Assembly: GCA_048882385.1 (NCBI GenBank)
Contig: JBHLRQ010000050.1
Location: 1-21,807 of the forward strand
Length of the DNA stretch: 21,807 bases
Direction: 5' to 3'
From: Candidatus Thorarchaeota archaeon
GTDB lineage: Archaea > Asgardarchaeota > Thorarchaeia > Thorarchaeales > Thorarchaeaceae
Positions 1 to 7,654 of the stretch are shown here, piece by piece (positions within the stretch are counted from its first letter, which is position 1; every line of letters begins with the position of its first letter). Below the pieces are notes generated by a model. The model did not search any database and was not told the origin of the DNA. It saw nothing but the letters and a program-made list of their open reading frames with translations. Made by a program: the position numbers and the translations under genes.

Positions 1-1013
1 CCATTGAATGGGCTATTGTCTGAAGATAAATACTGGAATCCTCCACCAGACACTCCAAGATTTCCGCAGATGGCAAGAAGGCTATGAACTGCTCTAGCTG
101 CCCATGTTCCGTTTGTGTAATGATTCATCCCGGCTGGTGCTGTTGCTATCAAAGCGGGTCCATGAGTTGCGAAAACTCTAGCCAGCTCACGAATCATACT
201 CTCCTTGACCCATGTTATCTCACTAACTCGCTTTGTGTCATACTCAGAAACTCGGGCTTTGTACTCTTCAAAACCATGAACATGGTTTGCAACAAACTCG
301 TGGTCGTATAGATTTCTTTGAATTATTTCATTGGCCATCCCTAATGCCAATGCTCCATCAGTTCCAGGTCTTATTGTTGTATAGAGATCAGCGACCTTTG
401 CGTAGGGAGTCTTTCTTGGGTCGATGACAATTAGTTTTGCTCCATTATCAATCGCTTCTTGAATGACTCTCTTGGAATGGATACTAGACTCAAACTTGTT
501 GGTTCCCCAAATAACAATACACTTTGAGTTCGACCAGTCTTTAAGCTCGTGAGGCGGGAAGGGACCAACATTAAACCGAGCTCCTTCGTATGCGCCTTCA
601 AAGCAAATCTCAACAATACCCGGTATCATTCTGCAACCAAATGAGTTCGAAAACCTTGCTGCATACCTGGGTGCCATTCCATCGTTACCTGAACCTGAGT
701 AAATTCCGACACTCTGAGGTCCATAGATGTCCCTCGCCACTCTCATGTGATTCGCAATCTCATCGAATGCCTCATCCCAGGAAATCCTCTTGAAAGAACC
801 ATCTGTCTGTTTTCTCTGAGGGTAAAGTAATCGGTCATCATAGTACATCCTCAGGACATGAGCGTATCCTTTCGGACAACACCTTCCCAAGGTGTAAGGA
901 TGATCAGGGTCTCCTTCTAGCCTGATAATCCTGCCATCCTCAACATGGACTATGTAAGCACAGATGTCAGGACAATTCAACGCGCAGGCTGAACGAAGCT
1001 TCTCAATAACCAT
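1..1013 (-). CDS. Molybdopterin (Mo/W-bis-PGD, DMSO reductase superfamily) oxidoreductase catalytic subunit, 3' end beyond the left window edge
   Basis: Translated by hand; not in the ORF track because there is no stop in the window. The frame is open from ATG 1013 (alternative in-frame ATG at 1025) to base 1. Sequence reads MVIEKLRSACALNCPDICAYIVHVEDGRIIRLEGDPDHPYTLGRCCPKG (N-terminal 4Fe-4S motif), DRLLYPQRK..FKRISWDEAFDEIA, IVEICFEG (probable Cys metal ligand), IVIWGTN, GAKLIVIDPRKT..ADLYTTIRPGTDGALALGMANEII. These are hallmark MopB-superfamily motifs. Confidence 0.93.
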   Translation of the reverse strand, partial: MVIEKLRSACALNCPDICAYIVHVEDGRIIRLEGDPDHPYTLGRCCPKGYAHVLRMYYDDRLLYPQRKQTDGSFKRISWDEAFDEIANHMRVARDIYGPQSVGIYSGSGNDGMAPRYAARFSNSFGCRMIPGIVEICFEGAYEGARFNVGPFPPHELKDWSNSKCIVIWGTNKFESSIHSKRVIQEAIDNGAKLIVIDPRKTPYAKVADLYTTIRPGTDGALALGMANEIIQRNLYDHEFVANHVHGFEEYKARVSEYDTKRVSEITWVKESMIRELARVFATHGPALIATAPAGMNHYTNGTWAARAVHSLLAICGNLGVSGGGFQYLSSDNSPFN

Positions 1014-1077
1014 TGAAAGACTCATCCTGTTAGCATGAGATTAACGTTTCTGATTGGAATTTCGAAACACTTATTAC

Positions 1078-1116
1078 TATTCTACTAGTATAATGAATAT
1101 ATTCTACTGATATAAT
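1078..1116. promoter_or_regulatory. Tandem pseudo-palindromic operator candidates in the divergent oxidoreductase/padR promoter region
   Basis: TATTCTACTAGTATAAT (1078-1094) and TATTCTACTGATATAAT (1100-1116) match at 15/17 positions and start 22 bp apart. The first copy contains the near-perfect inverted repeat ATTCTAC-TA-GTATAAT. A BRE/TATA-like element (cgaaacacTTATTA, ~1063-1076) lies just upstream. Confidence 0.55.
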
Positions 1117-1133
1117 ATTTTGAAGTGGATGCA

Positions 1134-1787
1134 ATGTCTCAGACTGATGAGTTCCTACCTTCAACGTATCTGACAGTCTTGACAATTATTGGAGGCGGAG
1201 CTGAATATGGATATGAAGTCAACAACATCATTGAACGGTTCGGATATCGCGAATGGGTTGACCTTCGGTTCTCTTCGGTATACAAAGCATTGTCTGAATT
1301 GGAGAAACGAGGTCTAGTTGAGGGAAAGAAGAGGGATGACAAGCTAAAGACATCTAAAAAGACATACAAGTTGACTCGAAAAGGAAGAATTCTCCTTCGC
1401 AAACAGATCCGGATGTGTCTTAGTGAGCCTCCAAGACCAAAGACTCTGTTTGATCTAGGTGTAGCTGCAATGAGTCTGCTTTCAAAGGAGGAGATACTTG
1501 AGTCCCTCCAGATGTATAAAACGAATCTAGAGAATAGTCTTGAGTTTCTAGAATCAAATGTTCATAACTTTGACAACTTGCAACGATTGAGAAGAGTTGC
1601 TCCTGAAAGCTTGGTTGGACGGATCACAGTTGATGAATATGATAATATGGAAAACATAGGTGCTGTTAGAGCTCTATTTGACCGACCTGCCTCATCAGTT
1701 CGCTGTCAAATTTCATGGCTTGAATCATTCATTAAGCAAATCGAGAGTGAAGAAGGATTCACATTCAAAGATACCAGTACGAGGTGA
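1134..1787 (+). CDS. PadR-family winged-helix transcriptional regulator with extended C-terminal helical domain
   Basis: YGYEVNNII..EWVDLRFSSVYKALSELEKRGLV...KKTYKLTRKGR is the PadR wHTH signature, followed by a helical C-terminal region (FDLGVAAMSLL..EEILESL). Start is ATG 1134 or GTG 1125. Confidence 0.9.
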   Translation: MSQTDEFLPSTYLTVLTIIGGGAEYGYEVNNIIERFGYREWVDLRFSSVYKALSELEKRGLVEGKKRDDKLKTSKKTYKLTRKGRILLRKQIRMCLSEPPRPKTLFDLGVAAMSLLSKEEILESLQMYKTNLENSLEFLESNVHNFDNLQRLRRVAPESLVGRITVDEYDNMENIGAVRALFDRPASSVRCQISWLESFIKQIESEEGFTFKDTSTR

Positions 1788-1792
1788 AAAAA

Positions 1793-2956
1793 ATGAGTGA
1801 GAGAATAGTTTTAGACTTTGAGCATCTCTCTGGAGGAAAGAACTGTATGACAAGTTCGCTCTGGAAATTGCTTCACCATTTGGGTCACAATATCTCTGAA
1901 GAGATGCTTGTTGGAATTGGCTCCGGACTTGGTTTTATCTACTGGAAAATGAAACAGATGCCAACTCCATTTGTTGGTGGTATGAATGGCGGACGATTCC
2001 CGACAATCCTCGGACTAGCTGTTGATAGACTCGGAGGAGAGTGGAAAGTCCTCAAGTCCTCGTCGATAAAGAATGCACATAAGCACCTGCGAGCTACTCT
2101 TGAAATGGACCAACCTGCACTGGTTTGCGCTGATTTAGGATTTCTCGACTATCTATCATTAGGTGGAGATGACCATTTTGGGATGCATACAATCTTGGTA
2201 TATGGCATAGATGAAACCAAAGATGAAGCACAAATATCAGACCGTTTTGCTACTCCGATTATAATTCCACTACCCCGTTTAAAGAAGGCTCGTGCATCCG
2301 ATTATCATCCGTTCCCTGCAAAGAACAAGCTGATGCAGGTATTCATGCCTGAAGAAACCATTCCCTTGAATGAGATCATACCACTCGCTATTCGTGAAAA
2401 TGCGGATTTCATGCTCAATCCCCCTATTTCAAACATGGGTGCTCAGGGAATAAAACGATGGAAGAAGGAATTATCAAGGTATCCGAAAATTCTCCCAGAT
2501 AACAAAACGATAATGCAGGCACTAATCGAACATTTTGTTTACATCGAAGTTGGTGGGAGTGGAGGGTCTCTCTTTCGTAGGATGTATTCGCAATTTCTCA
2601 AAGAAGCATCAAAGGTCATGAACGATTTGGAGCTTCAGAGGATTTCTTTGATTTACGATGATATCTGTGATGACTGGTCTGAACTCGCAATTCGATTGAC
2701 ACCCGATGAGATGCCAAGCTTGGTTAGAATTAGGGAGATCTATGTGAAGAATAACCATGATATGGAACAGAAAGGTGTGAAAGTTCTTGATGATGTAAAG
2801 GAGAGATTGGCTGACATACCTTCACTTATGGAAACTGCGACAATAGAGGTTGGAAAGTTCGACACCATCATTTCTGGAACAGAGGATCTCCTAGATGAGC
2901 TGCATCAAAAGGAGACTGAAGCAGCAGAACGACTGGCCGCTTGGGCAAAAATATAG
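1793..2956 (+). CDS. BtrH N-terminal domain / DUF4872-type protein (papain-like Cys-His fold; putative peptidase or acyltransferase)
   Basis: HLSGGKNCMTSSLWKLL..ISEEMLVGIGSGLGFIY, PALVCADLGFLDY, HFGMHTILVYGID and EVGGSGGSLFRRMYSQFL match the BtrH_N + DUF4872 pattern as I recall it. SD GAGGTGA (1781-1787) overlaps the padR stop, which favours ATG 1793 over GTG 1784 and suggests translational coupling. Confidence 0.82.
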   Translation: MSERIVLDFEHLSGGKNCMTSSLWKLLHHLGHNISEEMLVGIGSGLGFIYWKMKQMPTPFVGGMNGGRFPTILGLAVDRLGGEWKVLKSSSIKNAHKHLRATLEMDQPALVCADLGFLDYLSLGGDDHFGMHTILVYGIDETKDEAQISDRFATPIIIPLPRLKKARASDYHPFPAKNKLMQVFMPEETIPLNEIIPLAIRENADFMLNPPISNMGAQGIKRWKKELSRYPKILPDNKTIMQALIEHFVYIEVGGSGGSLFRRMYSQFLKEASKVMNDLELQRISLIYDDICDDWSELAIRLTPDEMPSLVRIREIYVKNNHDMEQKGVKVLDDVKERLADIPSLMETATIEVGKFDTIISGTEDLLDELHQKETEAAERLAAWAKI

Positions 2957-3022
2957 TACAATGCATTTTCACCTATGGAAAGGCTAATCATCTAGCTCTG
3001 TGAATCACGAATCGGTGATAGC

Positions 3023-3607
3023 TTGTCAAAAAGGATCTACACCAGAGCTGGTGATAAAGGAGAGACAGGACTTCTCTCTGGGGAGCGAATCGGTAAGGAT
3101 GATCCACGGGTCGAAGCATATGGAACTGTGGATGAACTTGGTACAACACTTGGTGTTGCAAAGGTTCATGCTTCAGATAGAATAGCGAATTACATTCATG
3201 AAATTCAACAGAAACTTTTCTTGATAAACTCCGAGCTAGCCATAAATCATGATAATCTGGTTGTGGATGATCCTCTAATACACTTACAAAAGGTGACAGC
3301 AGATGATGTTGAATTCCTTGAGAAGCTTGCAGATGAGCTATCTGAAGAGCTACCTCTCCTCACAAACTTTGTCATACCAGGTGGCACTAAAGCTGCAGCT
3401 TTTCTTCATGTAAGCAGGACAGTCTGTCGTCGAGCTGAAAGACGAATAATCCAATATGCGCGAAATAATCCTGTCAACGAGGAGCTCATTAGGTACATCA
3501 ATAGGCTCTCTGATCTGCTTTTCGTGATGTCAAGATATGAGAACCTAGAAGAGGGTGATGGTGACCAGATTATCTCTCGTGATGGGACACATAGGATGAC
3601 GAAGTAA
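3023..3607 (+). CDS. pduO: PduO-type ATP:cob(I)alamin adenosyltransferase
   Basis: IYTRAGDKGETGL..RIGKDDPRVEAYGTVDEL, FVIPGG...AAFLHVSRTVCRRAERR and YINRLSDLLFVMSR are canonical PduO/MMAB motifs. TTG start is preceded by SD GGTGAT (3014-3019). Confidence 0.95.
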   Translation: MSKRIYTRAGDKGETGLLSGERIGKDDPRVEAYGTVDELGTTLGVAKVHASDRIANYIHEIQQKLFLINSELAINHDNLVVDDPLIHLQKVTADDVEFLEKLADELSEELPLLTNFVIPGGTKAAAFLHVSRTVCRRAERRIIQYARNNPVNEELIRYINRLSDLLFVMSRYENLEEGDGDQIISRDGTHRMTK

Positions 3608-3745
3608 AAGGTAACAATTAGTGACCCTGACACGTGGCTACGCTATATATAGAGAAAACGAAGAGCCTATCTTACTAAGTCACACAATATTATGGTCACT
3701 GAACTGGTCAGATTGTATCAGAAATAGCATATCCTGTGACCAGCG

Positions 3746-3752
3746 TATATAA
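3746..3752 (+). promoter_or_regulatory. TATA box candidate for the GNAT gene (leaderless or short-leader transcript)
   Basis: TATATAA ends ~25 nt upstream of ATG 3777, which is typical archaeal spacing. Confidence 0.4.
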
Positions 3753-3776
3753 CGATAATCACAAGATAAAGGATTG

Positions 3777-6700
3777 ATGAATATGACAGAAGATTTCGCC
3801 ATTGAACTTCGTGATTACGATGAATCGATGGCAGAAGATATAGCAGCGATGTGGAATACCTGGGATGAATTATGGCCTGGTGGATTCACACAAGGTGTAC
3901 CTTACACAGCAGAACGGGTTCACAAGCAGTTTGGTAAATCAAATGCACTTGCTATTTTGATCGCAATTGATAGTGAGAACAAGAAACCAGTAGGCTCTTG
4001 TACCCTCTTCGAACATTGGCGAGATACAGAAGCAGCATATGTTGGTACATTGGGTGTGTCACCCGAAGTACTTGGTAAGAAGGTTGGAAAACGTCTACTA
4101 CTTGAATCGATAAAGAGGGCATCTGAGAAAGGATACACTCGTGTCGATTTGAACACCTGGCCTGGTAACATGAAGGCTGTTCCTCTGTATAAGAAGATCG
4201 GGATGATGTGGAATCCTGAGATGGGTGGAGTGCACATGGAGGACTACATCCCCGGTATCCTCAAACACCCCCTAAGCCACCCCTTCTTTGAAGCACTCGA
4301 GGGAAACCATGATTGGTATGATGTTCATGTACGTGAACCTATTCAGGCTCCTGACGAATACAAGCTCGATAGCTTAGCAATATATCCCTATGAGTTTCGG
4401 AGTGGAGAGAATAGTCTTGCAGTTACTGTTGACAGGTATGGACGTGGTATCTCAGCTATTGATAGGACAATCGATTCTTCAAGACTTAAGTTCTACGCTC
4501 GTGTTAATTCTCACCAAGTACTCTGTGGCATACCATATACCTATACATTAGAGGTAGTAAATGAAACTGGAGAGAGTCTTGAATTCTCCGCTCAATTGGA
4601 AGCGTTTGAAGGAATGGTGTTTGATGAAAAATCATCTCTGTTAAAAACTATTGAAGCTGGAGAAAGTATTGAATGGTCTGTGCCATTTCATCTCGAATCC
4701 TCAGCATCCATCTTCAGAAATGAGATTAAAGCACCAACGATTGTCACACACATTGAGGTTGAAGGAGCAGCTTCTGAGCTAGTCACGGGACTCAAGGTGC
4801 AGCCAGCTGCTGAAATTCGGACACGATGGGGATTAGCTCGAATAAAGGCTGGTGGACAAACCCAGATACCTCTGACTGTGGTAAGCAATATTGATACTAA
4901 GGCAACCACTCATGTAAATCTTGACACCAAGAAATCCTCCATAAAAGTAGTGTGTGAAAACAGTGAGATTAAGCTACCAAAAGATGGATTCGGTGGAACT
5001 GTACTTACGGTCACAGCAGATCCAGAGTTGGAAGAGGGAGTTCATGACATCTGGATCAGTTTGGAGATTGAAACAGACAAAGGATTGAGAGTGACTACAC
5101 GTCAGTTCAGAGTTCCAGTCTTCTGCTTGGGAGAGAGTGGAGTAGTGGTTGGTCACGACGATAGACAAAGACGACTTCTGATCACCTCACCTGTCTACAC
5201 AGCATCATTTGCTGAGGAGGGAGCTATTCTTCGCATTGGTAATCACTATTCCGCAGGTGAAACCCAGATGATGGTTCGCTCTGCTATTGGTCCTCCTTTT
5301 GGCATCAATCCCTTCCGATTTGCAGAACGAACACCATCTGTAGAGAAACTGGATAAAGAAACCGTTGTTTCCATGTCAGCAAAGCATCCTAATCGTCCTC
5401 TGGACATCCAGGAACGCACAAGGTTTGAACATGGAACTGGAACAATCCTGCACGAAGTATGGGTGACAAACACAAATTCAGAGAGTGAAACATTCCAACT
5501 CCGATTAATTGGAAGAGGTGGTGACATTTCGTTTGCTATGGGCAAGATGTACATACCTCTTTCATCCGGAGTTCTGGAAGCAAAATTAGGAAACTTCTAT
5601 TCAGTATACCCAGCAATTCCTGGAGAGCCATCTACCTTTGCAGAAGGATGGATCGCAAGTGAACAAGGGGGAATAGTCACAGGTCAGCTCTGGGACCACT
5701 CAAAGGTGGAAGAGGTCCGTTTGGGTCTCGGGCAAATGGGTATGATTAGCTATCCTCAGGTCACTCTAGAAGCGGGTGAATCACGACGAATATCTCAACT
5801 TTGGTACATTTACGGAGCTCAAAACTGGCAACAGGTTCAGATGGCTTGGCGCTCAAGAATTGAAGGATACTTCCAGAGCGAGGTCGAAGCAACCAATTTT
5901 GAAACTCCCAAAGGATTGGTCAACATAGAAGCTGAGCCAATAATTCTTCCCCACATCAGCGATGTTGATGTAAAGGTGAATCTGATTAAGTCTACAGTTA
6001 TTCCATTGGAAGGGAAACTTGAATTCTTGCCACCAAAGACTTGGCGTGCTTCTCTAAGTCCAGAAAGCGTTGAAGAAAATACTCCTGTGTCTTCGAAAGC
6101 CTCAATTGATGTTAAGTTGGTGCAGGATACATCCCTTCGCTTGGGATTAAAGCCTGGATCAAAGCATCCTGACGCCTTTTCGATACAGAGAGGGATGCTC
6201 GAACTGAAGACAATCTGGAATGTCAAAAAGCCTGTGACTATGATGCAGTTGGGATCTTCAAAAGGGAGTGTGGATATTGCAGAGGAGATTGATCAAGACA
6301 TGAAAGTCTTCCGTGTTGACAACGGACTGATTAATTATACAGTATCAGCAGACTATGGTGGCTGTCTAATCTCCCTGAAGAACAAGAAGGGAGTTGAGTA
6401 TATGACAAGTTCATTTCCAACAGCTGCACCAAAACCAGGAGGATTTTTCGACAATTACTTTGGTGGATTCCAGCCAACTGTCTTTGATGAAGAAATGGGA
6501 GAGGACTTTTCGAAGGCTAAAACGAACAAGGAGAAGATGACTGGAAAGACTGTTGAAATTGGCATCTGGAAAGGTATTGAAGTAGCTTGGGTTGGAAAGC
6601 TTCAGAAATTATCTAGAGGAGTAGACTTCAAGCTCCGATACCTGACTGCACCTGAAAGCCCACTCGTTCTCATCCAATGGACAATCTGGAATAAGACCAG

Positions 6701-7094
6701 TAGTCCGATGAGGTTTTGGCCGACATTTCTTGTAGATCCTGACATGTCGAATCAGCTGACAGATGGAATTTTACAAACCGTTTGGGATGGAGAAGTACAG
6801 GAGGTACGAACGGGAATGGTTCCAGTTGCAGTGACTCCTTCGAAAAGCATTATTTGGTTGAAGCCAAAAGAGAAGCAGAAGACCACTTCCGGATTCAGCT
6901 TCATGTTGGCTGGAACTGACTCGCGCTTTCTCGCTGTGAACTTCGGTGGGTCCATAATTTTAGGGGCAATCAATGGATTAACCTGGCTTATGCCTGGTGA
7001 GAAGAAAATAATCACAGCTTCACTCCTGGTTGACCCGGAAAGCTTCGAAGATCTAGAGATTCTTCAAGAAATTCTTGATAGGTTAGGTGGATAG
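3777..7094 (+). CDS. Large (~1,105 aa) GNAT N-acetyltransferase fusion protein with beta-rich C-terminal domains
   Basis: The N-terminal ~160 aa are GNAT: AYVGTLGVSPEVLGKKVGKRLLLESI (acetyl-CoA motif A), then RVDLNTWPGNMKAVPLYKKIG (motif B). The rest is beta-strand rich with no signal peptide or TM. Start is ATG 3777 or 3783 (TTG 3774 in the track). Confidence 0.85.
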   Translation: MNMTEDFAIELRDYDESMAEDIAAMWNTWDELWPGGFTQGVPYTAERVHKQFGKSNALAILIAIDSENKKPVGSCTLFEHWRDTEAAYVGTLGVSPEVLGKKVGKRLLLESIKRASEKGYTRVDLNTWPGNMKAVPLYKKIGMMWNPEMGGVHMEDYIPGILKHPLSHPFFEALEGNHDWYDVHVREPIQAPDEYKLDSLAIYPYEFRSGENSLAVTVDRYGRGISAIDRTIDSSRLKFYARVNSHQVLCGIPYTYTLEVVNETGESLEFSAQLEAFEGMVFDEKSSLLKTIEAGESIEWSVPFHLESSASIFRNEIKAPTIVTHIEVEGAASELVTGLKVQPAAEIRTRWGLARIKAGGQTQIPLTVVSNIDTKATTHVNLDTKKSSIKVVCENSEIKLPKDGFGGTVLTVTADPELEEGVHDIWISLEIETDKGLRVTTRQFRVPVFCLGESGVVVGHDDRQRRLLITSPVYTASFAEEGAILRIGNHYSAGETQMMVRSAIGPPFGINPFRFAERTPSVEKLDKETVVSMSAKHPNRPLDIQERTRFEHGTGTILHEVWVTNTNSESETFQLRLIGRGGDISFAMGKMYIPLSSGVLEAKLGNFYSVYPAIPGEPSTFAEGWIASEQGGIVTGQLWDHSKVEEVRLGLGQMGMISYPQVTLEAGESRRISQLWYIYGAQNWQQVQMAWRSRIEGYFQSEVEATNFETPKGLVNIEAEPIILPHISDVDVKVNLIKSTVIPLEGKLEFLPPKTWRASLSPESVEENTPVSSKASIDVKLVQDTSLRLGLKPGSKHPDAFSIQRGMLELKTIWNVKKPVTMMQLGSSKGSVDIAEEIDQDMKVFRVDNGLINYTVSADYGGCLISLKNKKGVEYMTSSFPTAAPKPGGFFDNYFGGFQPTVFDEEMGEDFSKAKTNKEKMTGKTVEIGIWKGIEVAWVGKLQKLSRGVDFKLRYLTAPESPLVLIQWTIWNKTSSPMRFWPTFLVDPDMSNQLTDGILQTVWDGEVQEVRTGMVPVAVTPSKSIIWLKPKEKQKTTSGFSFMLAGTDSRFLAVNFGGSIILGAINGLTWLMPGEKKIITASLLVDPESFEDLEILQEILDRLGG

Positions 7095-7123
7095 AGGAAT
7101 ATCCTATATCCACTATCATTTTT
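7087..7123. terminator. Hairpin plus T-tract between convergent genes, possible terminator
   Basis: GTGGATA-G-AGGA-(ATA)-TCCT-A-TATCCAC (7087-7113) gives an 11-bp stem with one mismatch, overlapping the GNAT stop codon. It is followed by TTTTT at 7119-7123. Confidence 0.45.
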
Positions 7124-7124
7124 C

Positions 7125-7376
7125 CTAATCAATTAGATAAACGATGTCCTTCTCCCTGACTCTATCTGGGACCTTAATGGCTATCTCTTGACCTTCGGAA
7201 CCCGAATCGATATCAACTCTATCGATTTGCATAGATTTAACTTCCATTTCAAAATTAGTTGTAGCCCCTTCAATCTTGATTTTATCTCCAACATTCAAGA
7301 TATCCTCAAGCATAATTGCTGCAACACCTATCTTGTGGAAGTATCTAGTGATAATACCGACTCTCTTATCTCCCAT
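7125..7376 (-). CDS. Small (83 aa) translation-elongation-factor-like beta-barrel protein (EF-Tu domain II-like / U32 C-terminal-like)
   Basis: MGDKRVGIITRYFHKIGVAAIMLEDILNVGDKIKIEGATTNFEMEVKSMQID....GQEIAIKVPDRVREKDIVY fits this known small family. ATG 7376 has an AGGTG SD upstream, so the Cys-rich extension to 7415 in the track is probably not real. Confidence 0.85.
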   Translation of the reverse strand: MGDKRVGIITRYFHKIGVAAIMLEDILNVGDKIKIEGATTNFEMEVKSMQIDRVDIDSGSEGQEIAIKVPDRVREKDIVYLID

Positions 7377-7654
7377 GCAAAAGCACCTACAACAAACGAG
7401 TAAACAATCTTTCAAAAAAGTCCTTCGTCTCTATCATAAACTTACAATTCTGCTAATTTGAATCGTATGTAGACCTCCATGTACTCACATTGTAAATATC
7501 AGGTTTCTCCATCCAAAGAACTGTTACTCGAAGATTATCAACAATCTTTCAATCATATCTTCAGACTTCTATTTGCTACTATTATTGGGAACCAACAGAA
7601 ATCTTTTGACTAGAGATACAAAGATCAACCTTCTGTTGTGCTTCCCATCTTCAA

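Noticed and set aside
84-793. Short ORFs in the track, including the Cys-rich 84-311
   Set aside because: They lie antisense or out of frame within the molybdopterin oxidoreductase CDS.
1-1013. Possible selenocysteine or SECIS in the molybdoenzyme
   Set aside because: There is no in-frame TGA in the visible part, and the presumed ligand codon is TGC (Cys).
2957-3773. Cobalamin riboswitch near pduO
   Set aside because: The upstream gap is only 66 bp, and neither flank shows the conserved B12-box or other cobalamin riboswitch elements.
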